Origin: Octopus sinensis | Lineage: Eukaryota | Assembly: GCF_006345805.1 (NCBI RefSeq) | Contig: NC_043001.1 | Span: 47,120,001-47,184,000, forward strand | Reading direction: 5' to 3' | Length of the DNA: 64,000 nt | Shown here: positions 28,389 to 39,540 of the stretch, piece by piece | Numbering within the stretch: the stretch's first letter is position 1 | How the letters are laid out: each line of letters starts with the position of its first letter | Translations under genes and position numbers: made by a program | Notes under the pieces: generated by a model | What the model was told of the DNA's origin: nothing | Databases searched by the model: none | What the model saw: only the letters and a program-made list of their open reading frames with translations

Positions 28389-28921
28389 GCTAAGACAAAG
28401 ACAGATGTGTTCTGTTTTAATAAACAAAATGGACAACATACTTCTTACTGGTCTATGATTGGTCTATATATATATATATATATAATGTGTGTGTGTATGT
28501 ATGTATGTATGTATGTAGGTAAGACAAAGACAGATGTGTTCCGTTTTAATAAACAAAATGGTCAACATACTACATACTAGTCTATGATTGGCCCAGTAAC
28601 ACGAGTGACAAAACGCTGAAACGAAAACGCCGCACATCCAGATATCACATATATCGCTGTTACTGTATCTACCATTATTATATTGGATGTAGCTATACGC
28701 CACTATCATTTGTCTATCACAAGACAATCCATCACACACACACACATTATATATATATATATATATATATATAATAATATAGACCAATCATAGACCAGTA
28801 AGTAGTATGTTGTCCATCTTGTTTATTAAAACGGAACACATCTGTCTTTGTCTTACCTACATACATCCATACACACACACATACATACATACATACATAC
28901 ATACATACATACATACATACA

Positions 28922-28952
<31 letters not shown>

Positions 28953-29106
28953 GCAATAAAAACAGACGAATTAGTTATCTGGTTTTGCTACAATTGGTTC
29001 ATTAGGAGTTTTTTGAGCAGAATACAATTAGATTGCATAACACGTTACATTACTGCCAACTTACCAGGCAATCAAGTAAACAAGTAAGCTACGAACTGTT
29101 GATTAA

Positions 29107-29282
29107 CCCCTTACCCAGCAATTATTTTGAAAATAAATGTATTTTTTCAGACATATTTTTTAATTGTTTTATTTTTTAATTGTCGATTTTGGCGAGTCTA
29201 TCTTTTGACGAGTTAACTCGCCAGTGACAGAAAAAAACGATTTAGGTCAACACGCATATATTCGTTTCTGCCGGGTAATGGG
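29107..29282. mobile_element. piggyBac-like MITE (176 bp) with TTAA TSD
   Basis: Reads TTAA|CCCCTTACCCAGCA ... TGCCGGGTAATGGG|TTAA, with TIRs matching at 12/14. The paralogous empty site with a single TTAA is at 26633-26636. Confidence 0.9.
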
Positions 29283-29839
29283 TTAATAAACAAATTAATC
29301 AAAAAGTCGTTGATCACCTGTTTAATCGAGTAAATCAATTTAATTTTTTTTTAAAGCCTGGTGCTTATTCTATCGGCTGCTTTGCCAAACCGCTAGGTTA
29401 CCGGGATATAAACACACCAACACCGGTTGTCAAGTAGTAGGACACACAGACACAACACATGACAGCCTTCTTTCAGTTTCCGTCTGTCATATTCACCGCA
29501 AGGCATTCGTCGACCCGAAGCTACGACAGAAGACATTTGCGCAAAGGTGTCACACAGTGAGACTGGATTTGGAAGCATGTGGTTGGGTAGTAGACTTCTT
29601 ACTAAACAGCCACGCCTATATGTAGGAGGAGACACTCTTCGATCACGAATAGCCATGACATTGCACTCAGAAAGTTTTCCTCCCCGATACAAGTCTGGGT
29701 AGGATTGCTTGTGGAAGACCAATTGGGGTCGATTTGTTCGACCAATTCTTACAAAGCGGTGCCCCAAAATGGCTGCAGTCCAATGACTGAAACCTGTATC
29801 AGATAATTGTTGAAGAATTAAATATTTTAAGTCACTTGT

Positions 29840-29883
<44 letters not shown>

Positions 29884-29885
29884 GC

Positions 29886-29948
<63 letters not shown>

Positions 29949-29989
29949 TACGTGTATAACAAGCAATGTAGCGAGTTAGCAAATCTCTA

Positions 29990-30240
29990 TTAGAGATTAG
30001 CTTTCTATATATTGCGAGCTGGAGCTATCTCTAACGAACGTGTGTCTACCACTGACGATGGGCACAAATAGCCCGAAACCGTACGGTCTGGTGAACCTGT
30101 CGTCTGTTAGAAGATGGTGGGTTCGCTCCCCTGCTTGCAAAATATATCAGGTGCAGATTGTATCGATAACCAACTGGAGGAGGCTTCTACTGGGATTAAA
30201 AACGGTAGTAACGTCGATTCCCATGGGGCAGCGATATCGA
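29990..30240 (+). mobile_element. Penelope-LTR-like short repeat hosting the hammerhead; related to 56040-57110 (minus)
   Basis: GGGTTCGCTCCCCTGCTTGCAA...GGTGCAGATTGTATCGATAAC...GAGGCT aligns by eye with the reverse complement of 56070-56175 and 57000-57100. Confidence 0.75.
30048..30092 (+). ncRNA. Type I hammerhead ribozyme with intact core and GUC cleavage site
   Basis: Reads ACCA | CUGACGA | U | GGGC-ACAAAUA-GCCC | GAA | ACC-GUAC-GGU | C | UGGU. Stems I, II and III all pair; predicted cleavage is 3' of C30088. Confidence 0.85.
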
Positions 30241-30656
30241 TTTAGGTTATTGTGACGGGCTGCTTTCAGTTTCCGTCTACCAATCCACTTACAAGGCTTT
30301 AATCAGCTCGGGGCAATATAGTACACTTGCCCAAGGTGTCACGCAGTGGGACTGAATCCTGAGCGATGAGGCTGGGGAAACAAACTCCTTAACCACACAG
30401 CCACGACTGCGCCGATAGCTTTTGCTTGCTTCAGTAATTTAACGGCGGCCATGCTGGGGCACCGCCTTGAAGGGTTTTAGCCGAACAAATCGGCTTCATG
30501 ACTAATTTTTTAAAGCCTGGTATTTATGCTATCGGTCTCTTTTAATGTCTCCGTAACTGTTCAGTTACGGGGACGTAAACACACCAACACTCGTTGTTAA
30601 GCGTTGGTGGGGACAAACACTGACACACCGGCACAGACACACACACACGCACACAC

Positions 30657-30693
<37 letters not shown>

Positions 30694-30858
30694 CGGTCTT
30701 ACAGTTTCCGTCTACCAAATCCACTTATGAGGCTGTGGTCGGCTATAGTAGAAGACACTTGCCCAAGGTGCCACGCAGTGAGACTGAACCGGGGACCATG
30801 TGACTGGGAAGCATGCTTCTTAACCACACAACCACGCCTGGTCCATAAATTAAGTACC

Positions 30859-31090
30859 TATTTCTTTACTACCCACAAGGGGCTAAACACAGAGGGGACA
30901 AACAAGGACAGACATATGTATTAAGTCGATTACATCGACCCCAGTGCGTAACTGGTACTTAATTTATCGACCCCGAAAGGATGAAAGGTAAAGTCGACCT
31001 CGGCGGAATTTGAACTCAGAACGTAACGGCAGACGAAATACCGCTAATCATTTCGACCGACGTGCTAACGTTTCTGCCAGCTCTCCGCCT
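30859..31090 (-). mobile_element. Full-length tRNA-derived SINE with a 16-bp TSD
   Basis: The head AGGCGGAGAGCTGGCAGAAACG includes a B-box-like GAGTTCAAATTCC. TSD CCATAAATTAAGTACC is at 30843-30858 and 31091-31106. Confidence 0.85.
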
Positions 31091-31249
31091 CCATAAATTA
31101 AGTACCAGTTACGCACTGGGGTCGATGTAATCGACTTAATCCCTTTTTCTGTCCTTGTTTGTCCCCTCTGTGTTTAGCCCTTGTGGGTAGTAAAGAAATA
31201 TATATATTCAAGAGTTTTATTATAAAACGTGACATTTTTTTATAATGTA

Positions 31250-31300
<51 letters not shown>

Positions 31301-31638
31301 CTTCCTCTCTCTCTCTATCATAACTTAAACTTTATCCCCGGCTCCCTTTACTGTACTGAAGTGCAGGATATGAGAGCAGATGTAAAGCAAATTCAGATGA
31401 TGTGAAGACAAAAGGAGAGCAGAAAGCAGGGTGTTTTGAGATCCCGATAAAATTCCGTTACCCTGACTGTGACCTTTTTAACCGCGCCAAATTTAACGGC
31501 GACCGATTGAGGTTACTCTTCTCGTTGGTGTGAGAAAACCAGGGGAAGTGGGATAGTGTAGGACGAAAATGAATGAGAATCAGAGTGGGGTGGATGAAGA
31601 AAATTGAGGTCATCAACCGGAGATATTTAAAGCTTGAG

Positions 31639-31693
31639 AAAGATAGACCGTTTAAGACAGAATGGACGAGAGTAAGGAAGATACATTGAGAGA

Positions 31694-31744
<51 letters not shown>

Positions 31745-32025
31745 TGTGTGTGTGTGTGTGTGTGAAAGACAACTCGATAGGATCGTAACTGGTTATTATT
31801 ATCAATCCTGGTGAAGCTCGATTTATTTTACAATCGGTGTTGAAAAAGATAGATTGTTTAAGACAGAAAAGATGAGAGTAAGGAAGATACATAGAGAGAG
31901 GGAAAGAGAGAGAGAGAGAGAGAGAGAGATGGGGGGGGGAGTATGTGTGTGTGAAAGACAACTCGATAGGGTCGTAACTGGATTATTATTAGGTGAGGCT
32001 CGATTTATTTTACAACCGGTGTTGG
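31639..32025 (+). repeat. Two-copy tandem duplication of about 200 bp containing (AG)n(TG)n
   Basis: AAAGATAGA..GTTTAAGACAGAA...GAGTAAGGAAGATACAT and AAAGACAACTCGATAGG.TCGTAACTGG each occur twice. Confidence 0.8.
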
Positions 32026-32493
32026 TGTGCTTACGTCCCCATTACTTTAGCTGTTCGGCAAAAGAATCCCCGCCTCTAAAATAAAATAAATATTATATCT
32101 GTTTCAGTCATTATTAGACTGCGGCCATGCTGGGCCATCACCCTGAAGAATTTTAGATCGAATGTATCGACCCAAGTACTTACTTTAAAAGCCAGGTACT
32201 TATTCCATCGGGGTCTTTTGCCGAAACGCTAATTGACGGGGACGTAAACACACTAACACCGGTTGTCAAGCGGTGGTGGGAGCAAACGCACACATACATA
32301 TATATACATATATACGACAGACTTCTTCGAGTTTCCGCCTACTAAATCCACTCACAGGCTATAGCAGAAGCCACTTGCCCAAGGTGTCCCACAGCGGAAC
32401 TGAACCTTGAACCATGTGATTGGGCAGCAAGCTTCTTACCAGACAACCACGCCTGCGCCTATTAGATTCAAGTATATAATCATGCAATATTGT

Positions 32494-32745
32494 GGAGGCG
32501 CGTGGCTTAGTGGTTAGGCTGTCAGCACCATGATCGTAAAATTGCGGTTTCGATTCCTGGACCGGGCGACGCGTTGTGTTCTTGGGCAAAACACTTCACT
32601 TCACGTTGCTCCAGTCCACTCAGATGGCAAAAATGAGTAACGCTGCGATGGACTGGCGTCCCGTCCAGCTGGGGAACACATACGCCATAGAAACCGGGAT
32701 ATCGGGCCCATGAGCCTAGCTAGGCTTTAAAAGGGCGCATTTATA
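32494..32745 (+). mobile_element. Full-length tRNA-derived SINE (second family)
   Basis: A-box-like GGCGCGTGGCTTAGTGG and B-box-like GGTTTCGATTCC. It shares its head with 34539, 37985 and 39976. Confidence 0.8.
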
Positions 32746-33052
32746 TTTTTATTTATCATACAGTATTATGATATAAATTTATAACAAGTTTTGTTTAGAA
32801 ATTTATAACAATTGAGTTGGACGAGAATATTTTCATTAAGTATTTAAAAACTGCATCATAGTTACTATTATCCGGTAAACGCAATTGAGGCGGTGTTAAA
32901 TTAAATTAGCTACTCGTATATCATACTTGATGTATACATATTTACTGCAGTGTTTGTCCTTAGATAACATCTCATATGTACTTGTTGCGTTAAAAACAAT
33001 AAATATCAGAGAGAAAGAGAGAGCGAGGGGGAGAGAGACAGGAAGAGAGAGG

Positions 33053-33129
<77 letters not shown>

Positions 33130-34538
33130 TGAGAGAGAGTGAATTCTCACAGCAGCTACCAGTAAGAATGCAAGATGCATTTCGGCCACTTACTGACCAG
33201 AAGATCCCAAAAGGCCGAAATGCATCTAGTGCTCTATCTGACTGCTGCTGGGACGGATTTTCAATGAATAATCGATAATCGATAAAATGGAAATAAAATT
33301 CCAAAATGTATTCGTATTGTGTGGCCCGGTACCAAATGATCCTCGGCTCGGTACTGGTCTGCGACTTGGTGATTAGGATTCCCTCTGACCTAGGAAATTA
33401 AAATTTAGAAGGACTGCCACAAATTCTGAACAGGTAGCAATACGGGGGCCAGAGAAAGCTAGATGACAAGGGTGATGAGAAGCAGGGGAGACGAAAGGGC
33501 TTTGTGATGTTAGGACATGATTTGTGGCGAAATATTTCATATTTTGCCAGATGATAGATTTACTCGGTGATCAAAAAATTAGAGATTTGTCAGCGGGTAT
33601 AATTAAAGGGGATGATGGCTGGAGTAAGTTGTAGAAAAAAAAAAAGCACTGGAGAAAGAGATGCTCGGAACATGAACTCGAATCAGATAACGCTACAAAT
33701 AACGTGTAAATATTAGGGCAAAAAACAAGCTTGGATAGATGAATGCATGTGTGCATGCACATATATATATATATGTATACATGTATGAACAGATATCTGT
33801 ATTTCATTTAATTATTGGTTTTAAATTTTGACACAAGGCCAGCAAGTTCGGAGAAGGGTGTAAGTCGATTACATCGGCCCAAGTATTCAACTGGTACTTA
33901 TTTTATCGACCCCAAAAGGATGAAAGGCAAAGTCGACCTCGTTGGAAATTGAACTCAGAACGTATGGACGGACGAAATGTCGCTGAGCATTTAGCCCTGC
34001 ATGCTAACGATTCTGCCAGCTCGCCGGGTTATTTAAGTTAATTATTAATGTAAATTTTATATTTGTTTAATATAGACCAAGATGACCACTCCTGATTCGA
34101 AAGAATCAACAATTTAGAAAGGCATTGGAACTAGAAGTTCCGGAAAATCGATGTTGTACCTGTGTGGGATCTTTTCTGTTTAGCTGCCACTTTTCAATTT
34201 CTTAAATTTTGGTTCCAGTTGATTTGATATTATGTGTGTTGATGTAGTTTTGTATAGTAATCATTGACATGAAATCTATTTTCGCCATAAAGATGATCAA
34301 ACTTTAAACCTCTGTAACTTGTTTTAATTTTTTTTTTCTGGGAAAAGTGAACTATCTCCTGAGATTCAACGTGGAAAATTACATCAATACACCAAATTTT
34401 AAAATTTTCACTAAATTTTAAAATTTCCGCAGATACAGTGAAACAGAAAAGATACACTGCATGTATGTATGTATGTATGTATGTATGTATGTATGTATGT
34501 ATGTATGTATGTATGTAGTATGTATGTATGTATGTGTG

Positions 34539-34870
34539 AAGGCGCATGGTTCAGTGGTTAGAGCGTCGAGCATACGATCGTGCGGTTGTGAGTTTGAATC
34601 CCGGACCGGGCTGCGTGTTGTGTTCTTAAGCAAGACACTTTATTTCACGTTGCTCCAGTTCACTCAGCTGTAGAAATGAGTTGCGACGTCACGGGTGCCA
34701 AGCTGTATCGGCTGTTGGCTTTCCCTTGGATAACACTGGTGGCGTGGAGAGGGGAGGCCGGTAAACATGGGCGACTGCTGGTCTTCCATAAACAGCCTTG
34801 CCCGGACTTGTGCCTGGGAGGGTAACTTTCTAGGTGCAATCCCACGGTCAGTCATGACCGAAGGGGGTCT
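34539..34870 (+). mobile_element. tRNA-derived SINE (same family as 39976-40312)
   Basis: AGGCGCATGGTTCAGTGGTTAGAGC...GAGTTTGAATCCC head and a TGACCGAAGGGGGTC tail. Confidence 0.8.
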
Positions 34871-35495
34871 CAATATATGTATGTATGTATGGATGGATGT
34901 ATTATGTATGCATGTATGTATGTATGTATGTATGTATGTATGTATGTATGTATGTATGTATGTATGTATGCAAGTATGTATGTATGTATGTATGCAAGTA
35001 TGTATGTATACAGGACGTACAATTCCATAGCACCAATCTCAATGTAGTACAAAATCGACCAATGTGGGATTTGAACTCAGAGCATAAAAAAATGTAACTA
35101 ATTACCATTACATACTTAATCCATCGGTCTAACAAATATAACAGCAATAAGCAGCAACAACAGCAACAACAACAACAACAGAATTCCATTTGCTAGACAA
35201 GCAAAATGTTTGTGCTATTGGCTGAAAACCGATCTATCGCGATATTTCCTTTGTAAACAGAACCAAAGCATAATGGATTCCAAAGTATCAGCTGATGATT
35301 CAACAGTAGTCATAGCAGTATCACTTCAGAAATTCTTCACCTCAGTAAAAGTTCTTCCTTGTTCAGCAATATAACATCGAAAGTTACCTAAATGGCTTTG
35401 GGTACTGACAGGGAAGAAGTGGGAAGATATCAATATCAGCATATGCTTGGCATTCATGCAGCAAGAGAAGCGAGCGATGAGGTACTCTGGTGTGA

Positions 35496-35534
<39 letters not shown>

Positions 35535-35716
35535 CGGTATTTCGTCCGCCGTTATGTTCTGAGTTCAAATTCCGCCGAGGTCGACTTTGCCTTTCATCCT
35601 TTCGGGGTCGATAAATAAAGTACCAGTTTCGCACTGGGTTCGATGTAATCGACTTAATCTCTTTGTCTGTCCTTGTTTGTCCCCTCTTTGTTTAGTCCCT
35701 TGAGGGTAGTAACGAA

Positions 35717-35764
<48 letters not shown>

Positions 35765-35786
35765 TATAGAAGCCATCTTATCATGG

Positions 35787-35837
<51 letters not shown>

Positions 35838-35923
35838 TATAGAAGCCATCTTATCATGGCTAATATATATATATATATATATAGAAGCCATCTTATCATG
35901 GCTTATATATATATATATATATA

Positions 35924-36134
35924 GTTAATCGAAACAAGAAAACACAAAAAAAAAAAAAAAAAACACAACAACGCGAGGACATGGAACAAATAAAGTATTA
36001 TTGGACGCTCAGGAAAGAAGGGAAGAAGGAGGGTTTAACGTTTCGAGCGGAGCTCTTCGTCGGAAACATAGGAGAAGGAAAGATCCCGAGAAGGGAAGAC
36101 AGAGGAAAAAAATCGCCAGCGGTACTCACGAGGT

Positions 36135-36137
<3 letters not shown>
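35924..36137 (-). repeat. Approximately 205-bp dispersed repeat next to (TA)n, copy 3 of 3
   Basis: Near-identical to 4276 and 10479. Confidence 0.9.
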
Positions 36138-36167
<30 letters not shown>

Positions 36168-36597
36168 TCTGATCGATGTATAATGTGACCGGTTGTCGAT
36201 AACTTAACGGTTCGACAAAATGAGACAGATGGGGTTGATTTGGTCAACGAAAACTTCAGAGTGGTTCTCCGGCATGGTTACAGAGCGTCAGGTTTGTAGG
36301 ACTACATGACACCAATAAGCCCATACTATTCCAAATACAATAGGGTGTGTGGGTTTTTTGCGTTATTTGGTAGTTATTTCTAACTAGCCTAGTGACCATA
36401 TACATAAATATCCGTTCGTTGCTTGACATGAGAGTTGGCACATGTATTACAAATGGACTTTGCAAACCAATAGTCTATATCACTGAAATAAAATTGCGTT
36501 TCTCTGTATCTATTAAGCTTTCACCTTGAGCTTTAGAAAGTAATTTGACCCGTTTTGAACTCTTATCTCTTTCGTGTATACACACACACACATAAAT

Positions 36598-37090
36598 AGG
36601 GGTTGGACAAAATACTGAAAACACCTTAAAATTTCAAACAAATTTATTTTAACATCGAGTAGGACGCCATTGGCAGTAGTTACACCTTGAATTCTACGAG
36701 GTATGAATTGTTTCCAAAAGAATTTTTGTCCATTCTTCAGCTAAAAAAGTCTCCAGGTCTTGTAGTGATGATGGTAGAGGATATCGACTCATTACTGGTT
36801 TTTCTAAAATGCATCGTAAATGTTCAATAATATTGAGATCTGGGGACTGTGGTGGCCAGATAGGGATGTTCAACTTCACTAGAATGTTCCTCGTACCATT
36901 CAGTAACAACTTTAGCTGTGTGAATTGGTGCATTATCACCCTGAAAGATTGCGTTTCCCTTCGGAAACAGTCCCGCAACCATAGGAGAATTTGTTCAGAT
37001 AAAAATGCTTAAATAGCCTTGACTTTTAATTCTGCCATGAAGGGAAACCATTGGGCCAGCAGATTTCCAAGATGTAGCTCCCCACCAACG
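36598..37090 (-). mobile_element. Tc1-like (DD34E) transposase relic with 3' terminal repeat
   Basis: ORF 36694-36978 reads IWPPQSPDLNIIEHL. Another frame gives QGDNAPIHTAK. The end AGGGGTTGGACAAAATACTGAAAACACC resembles Tc1 TIRs. Confidence 0.85.
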
Positions 37091-37528
37091 CCCAGATCAT
37101 CACAGATCCTCTATCACAGACTTGGCAGAGGTGATATTGTGAATATAGGACCCATTTTTTATTTTCGAACAGAGTAATGAAATTAAAATTTATAATGACT
37201 ATACCACGGAAGAAACGAGAAGGCCATGAATGGACTGATTCTCTGCTTCGTGTGAGAGTGAAGCGAGGGAACAGTTAGACTGATGGTGTACACACACACA
37301 CACATATACGTGTTGAAGCTTATATCAACATTATATGCACATTGACGTATATCTTCCATGGGAATTAGTCCTATATAAAATAACGCTCTTTGACCCTTAT
37401 ACAGGTTGACATTCAGCACTCTTCGTCTCTGTAACAGAATAGTATATATACAGACGTATTTCCAACACACATACATACACGTAGCACGTGTGTGCATGTG
37501 TACACACACGCATGCACGCACGCACGCA

Positions 37529-37578
<50 letters not shown>

Positions 37579-38578
37579 ATGTTGGTGCAAACATGAAAAA
37601 TAGAACTCAAAATATGAATATATGTATATTTTTATTACACGCACGGAACTCTCGGACTTTGAGTCACTCTATTACTTCTGCTAAATATTAATAATGATAA
37701 TGGTTTCAAAATTTGCCACAAGAGCAGCTATTTTGGGGGAAGGGATGTGTCGATTACATCGATCCCAGTGTTCAACTGGTACTTAATTTATCGACCCCGT
37801 AAAGATGAAAAGTAAAGTCGACCTCGGCGGAATTTGAACTCAGCACGTAGCGACGAGCGAAATATCGCTAAGCATTTCGTCCTGCTTGTTAACGATTCTG
37901 CCAGCTCACCGCCTTAACAACAACAACAACAACAACAGCAGCAGCAGCAGCAGCAGCAGAAGAAGAAGAAGCAGCAGCAGCAGTGGAGGCGCAATGGCCC
38001 AGTGGTTAGGGCAGCGGATTCGCGGTCGTAAGAACGCGGTTTCGATTCCCAGACCGGGCATTGTGAGTGTTTATTGAACAAGAACACCTAAGCTCCACGA
38101 GGCTCCGGCGCGGGTGGGAGGGGTGAACCCCGCTGTATTCTTTCACCATAACTTTCTCTCACTCTTTCTTCCTACTTCTGCCACAAAGAAGAGGAACCAT
38201 GGTGTAACCCTACTATGGTGTGGTAAACTTTTAGACCCTAGTCTAGATTGCGAATCCTCTGTACCCCAGGATGGTTCAGCTCTCCACCCATTAAAAGCCA
38301 CTGTTTACGGAATGAGGATAACATCGTAGCTTTCGCGCCCGTGCAACTGCCAGTCTATTGCGCATGGTGGGTGGATCTTCAAGTTGCCACACGCATTCTT
38401 AGTAGCTTAGAGTAGGCTCGAATTGGCTAATGGCGTGAGTCCTGATTGGAAGAAGAAGAACAACAACAGCAGTAGAAACTACAACAACAATAATAATCCT
38501 TTCAACTGGAGGCACAAGGCCTCAAATTTGTTGGGAGAGGATTAGTCGATTACATCGACCGCAGTGTTTCACTGGTAC

Positions 38579-38622
<44 letters not shown>

Positions 38623-38735
38623 CAAATATATGGCACCCTCGGCATAACACAACATGAACTTCCAACTTGTTGTCTCTTGAGGTATTTGGGTGAGACTTGG
38701 AGCCAGCTTGTGCAAATGTAAAGCAAAAGTCAAAC

Positions 38736-38783
<48 letters not shown>

Positions 38784-38800
38784 TAATAATAATAATATAA

Positions 38801-39297
38801 TAGTGTTATCATGTACATTGTTTTGTCTTGGTATAAAAGATGGGCTACAGCAAATATTCTGCTCAATACCACAGATTGCTTGTCAGTTGTTTGACCTTAA
38901 CCAGTTGAGCATGTCCCTTAGTGGCTGACGATATGTGCATCTCTGATCACGAGCAGAAGTAGTGGGGGAGCATCATAGCCATGTGTTGAGAGGGATTCTT
39001 GGGGTTTGAATAGTTCACCTCTGGAAACATGGGTGGTTCTTTCAAAATCCTTAAACACCCTTATTCAGGGACCGTTTGAGCAGGATGGGCTACTCAAAAT
39101 GAAGAAAATTCTAACTGGGCCCCACCTGCAAGGTCATGTGCTGTTTATCTTGATATGAATCACCATGTCGCGCACATATGGTTGTGATGCATGTGCCTGG
39201 TGTACCTTTATCAGACGGGTAGTCCTGATGGGTATATTGGGCTTCGTATATTTTACCCCAGTGTCACTTTGATGGCATGAACTGCTCTCTCACTCAA
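38801..39297 (-). repeat. Approximately 500-bp dispersed repeat embedded in (TAA)n on both sides
   Basis: The reverse complement begins TTGAGTGAGAGAGCAG.TCATGCCATCAAAGTG, homologous to 59848-60145. (TAA)n arrays lie at 38740-38800 and 39298-39440. Confidence 0.85.
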
Positions 39298-39322
39298 TAA
39301 AAATAATAATAATAATATAATA

Positions 39323-39372
<50 letters not shown>

Positions 39373-39383
39373 TAATAATAAAA

Positions 39384-39437
<54 letters not shown>

Positions 39438-39540
39438 AATAATATTATATATATATATATAATATATATATATATATACAATATATATATATATCAAGAA
39501 CAATCTTACTTAGAAATGGATGCGTGCGTTCCGTCATATA

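Noticed and set aside
32494-32570. tRNA genes at SINE heads
   Set aside because: A/B-box-like motifs continue into SINE bodies and no complete cloverleaf is evident.
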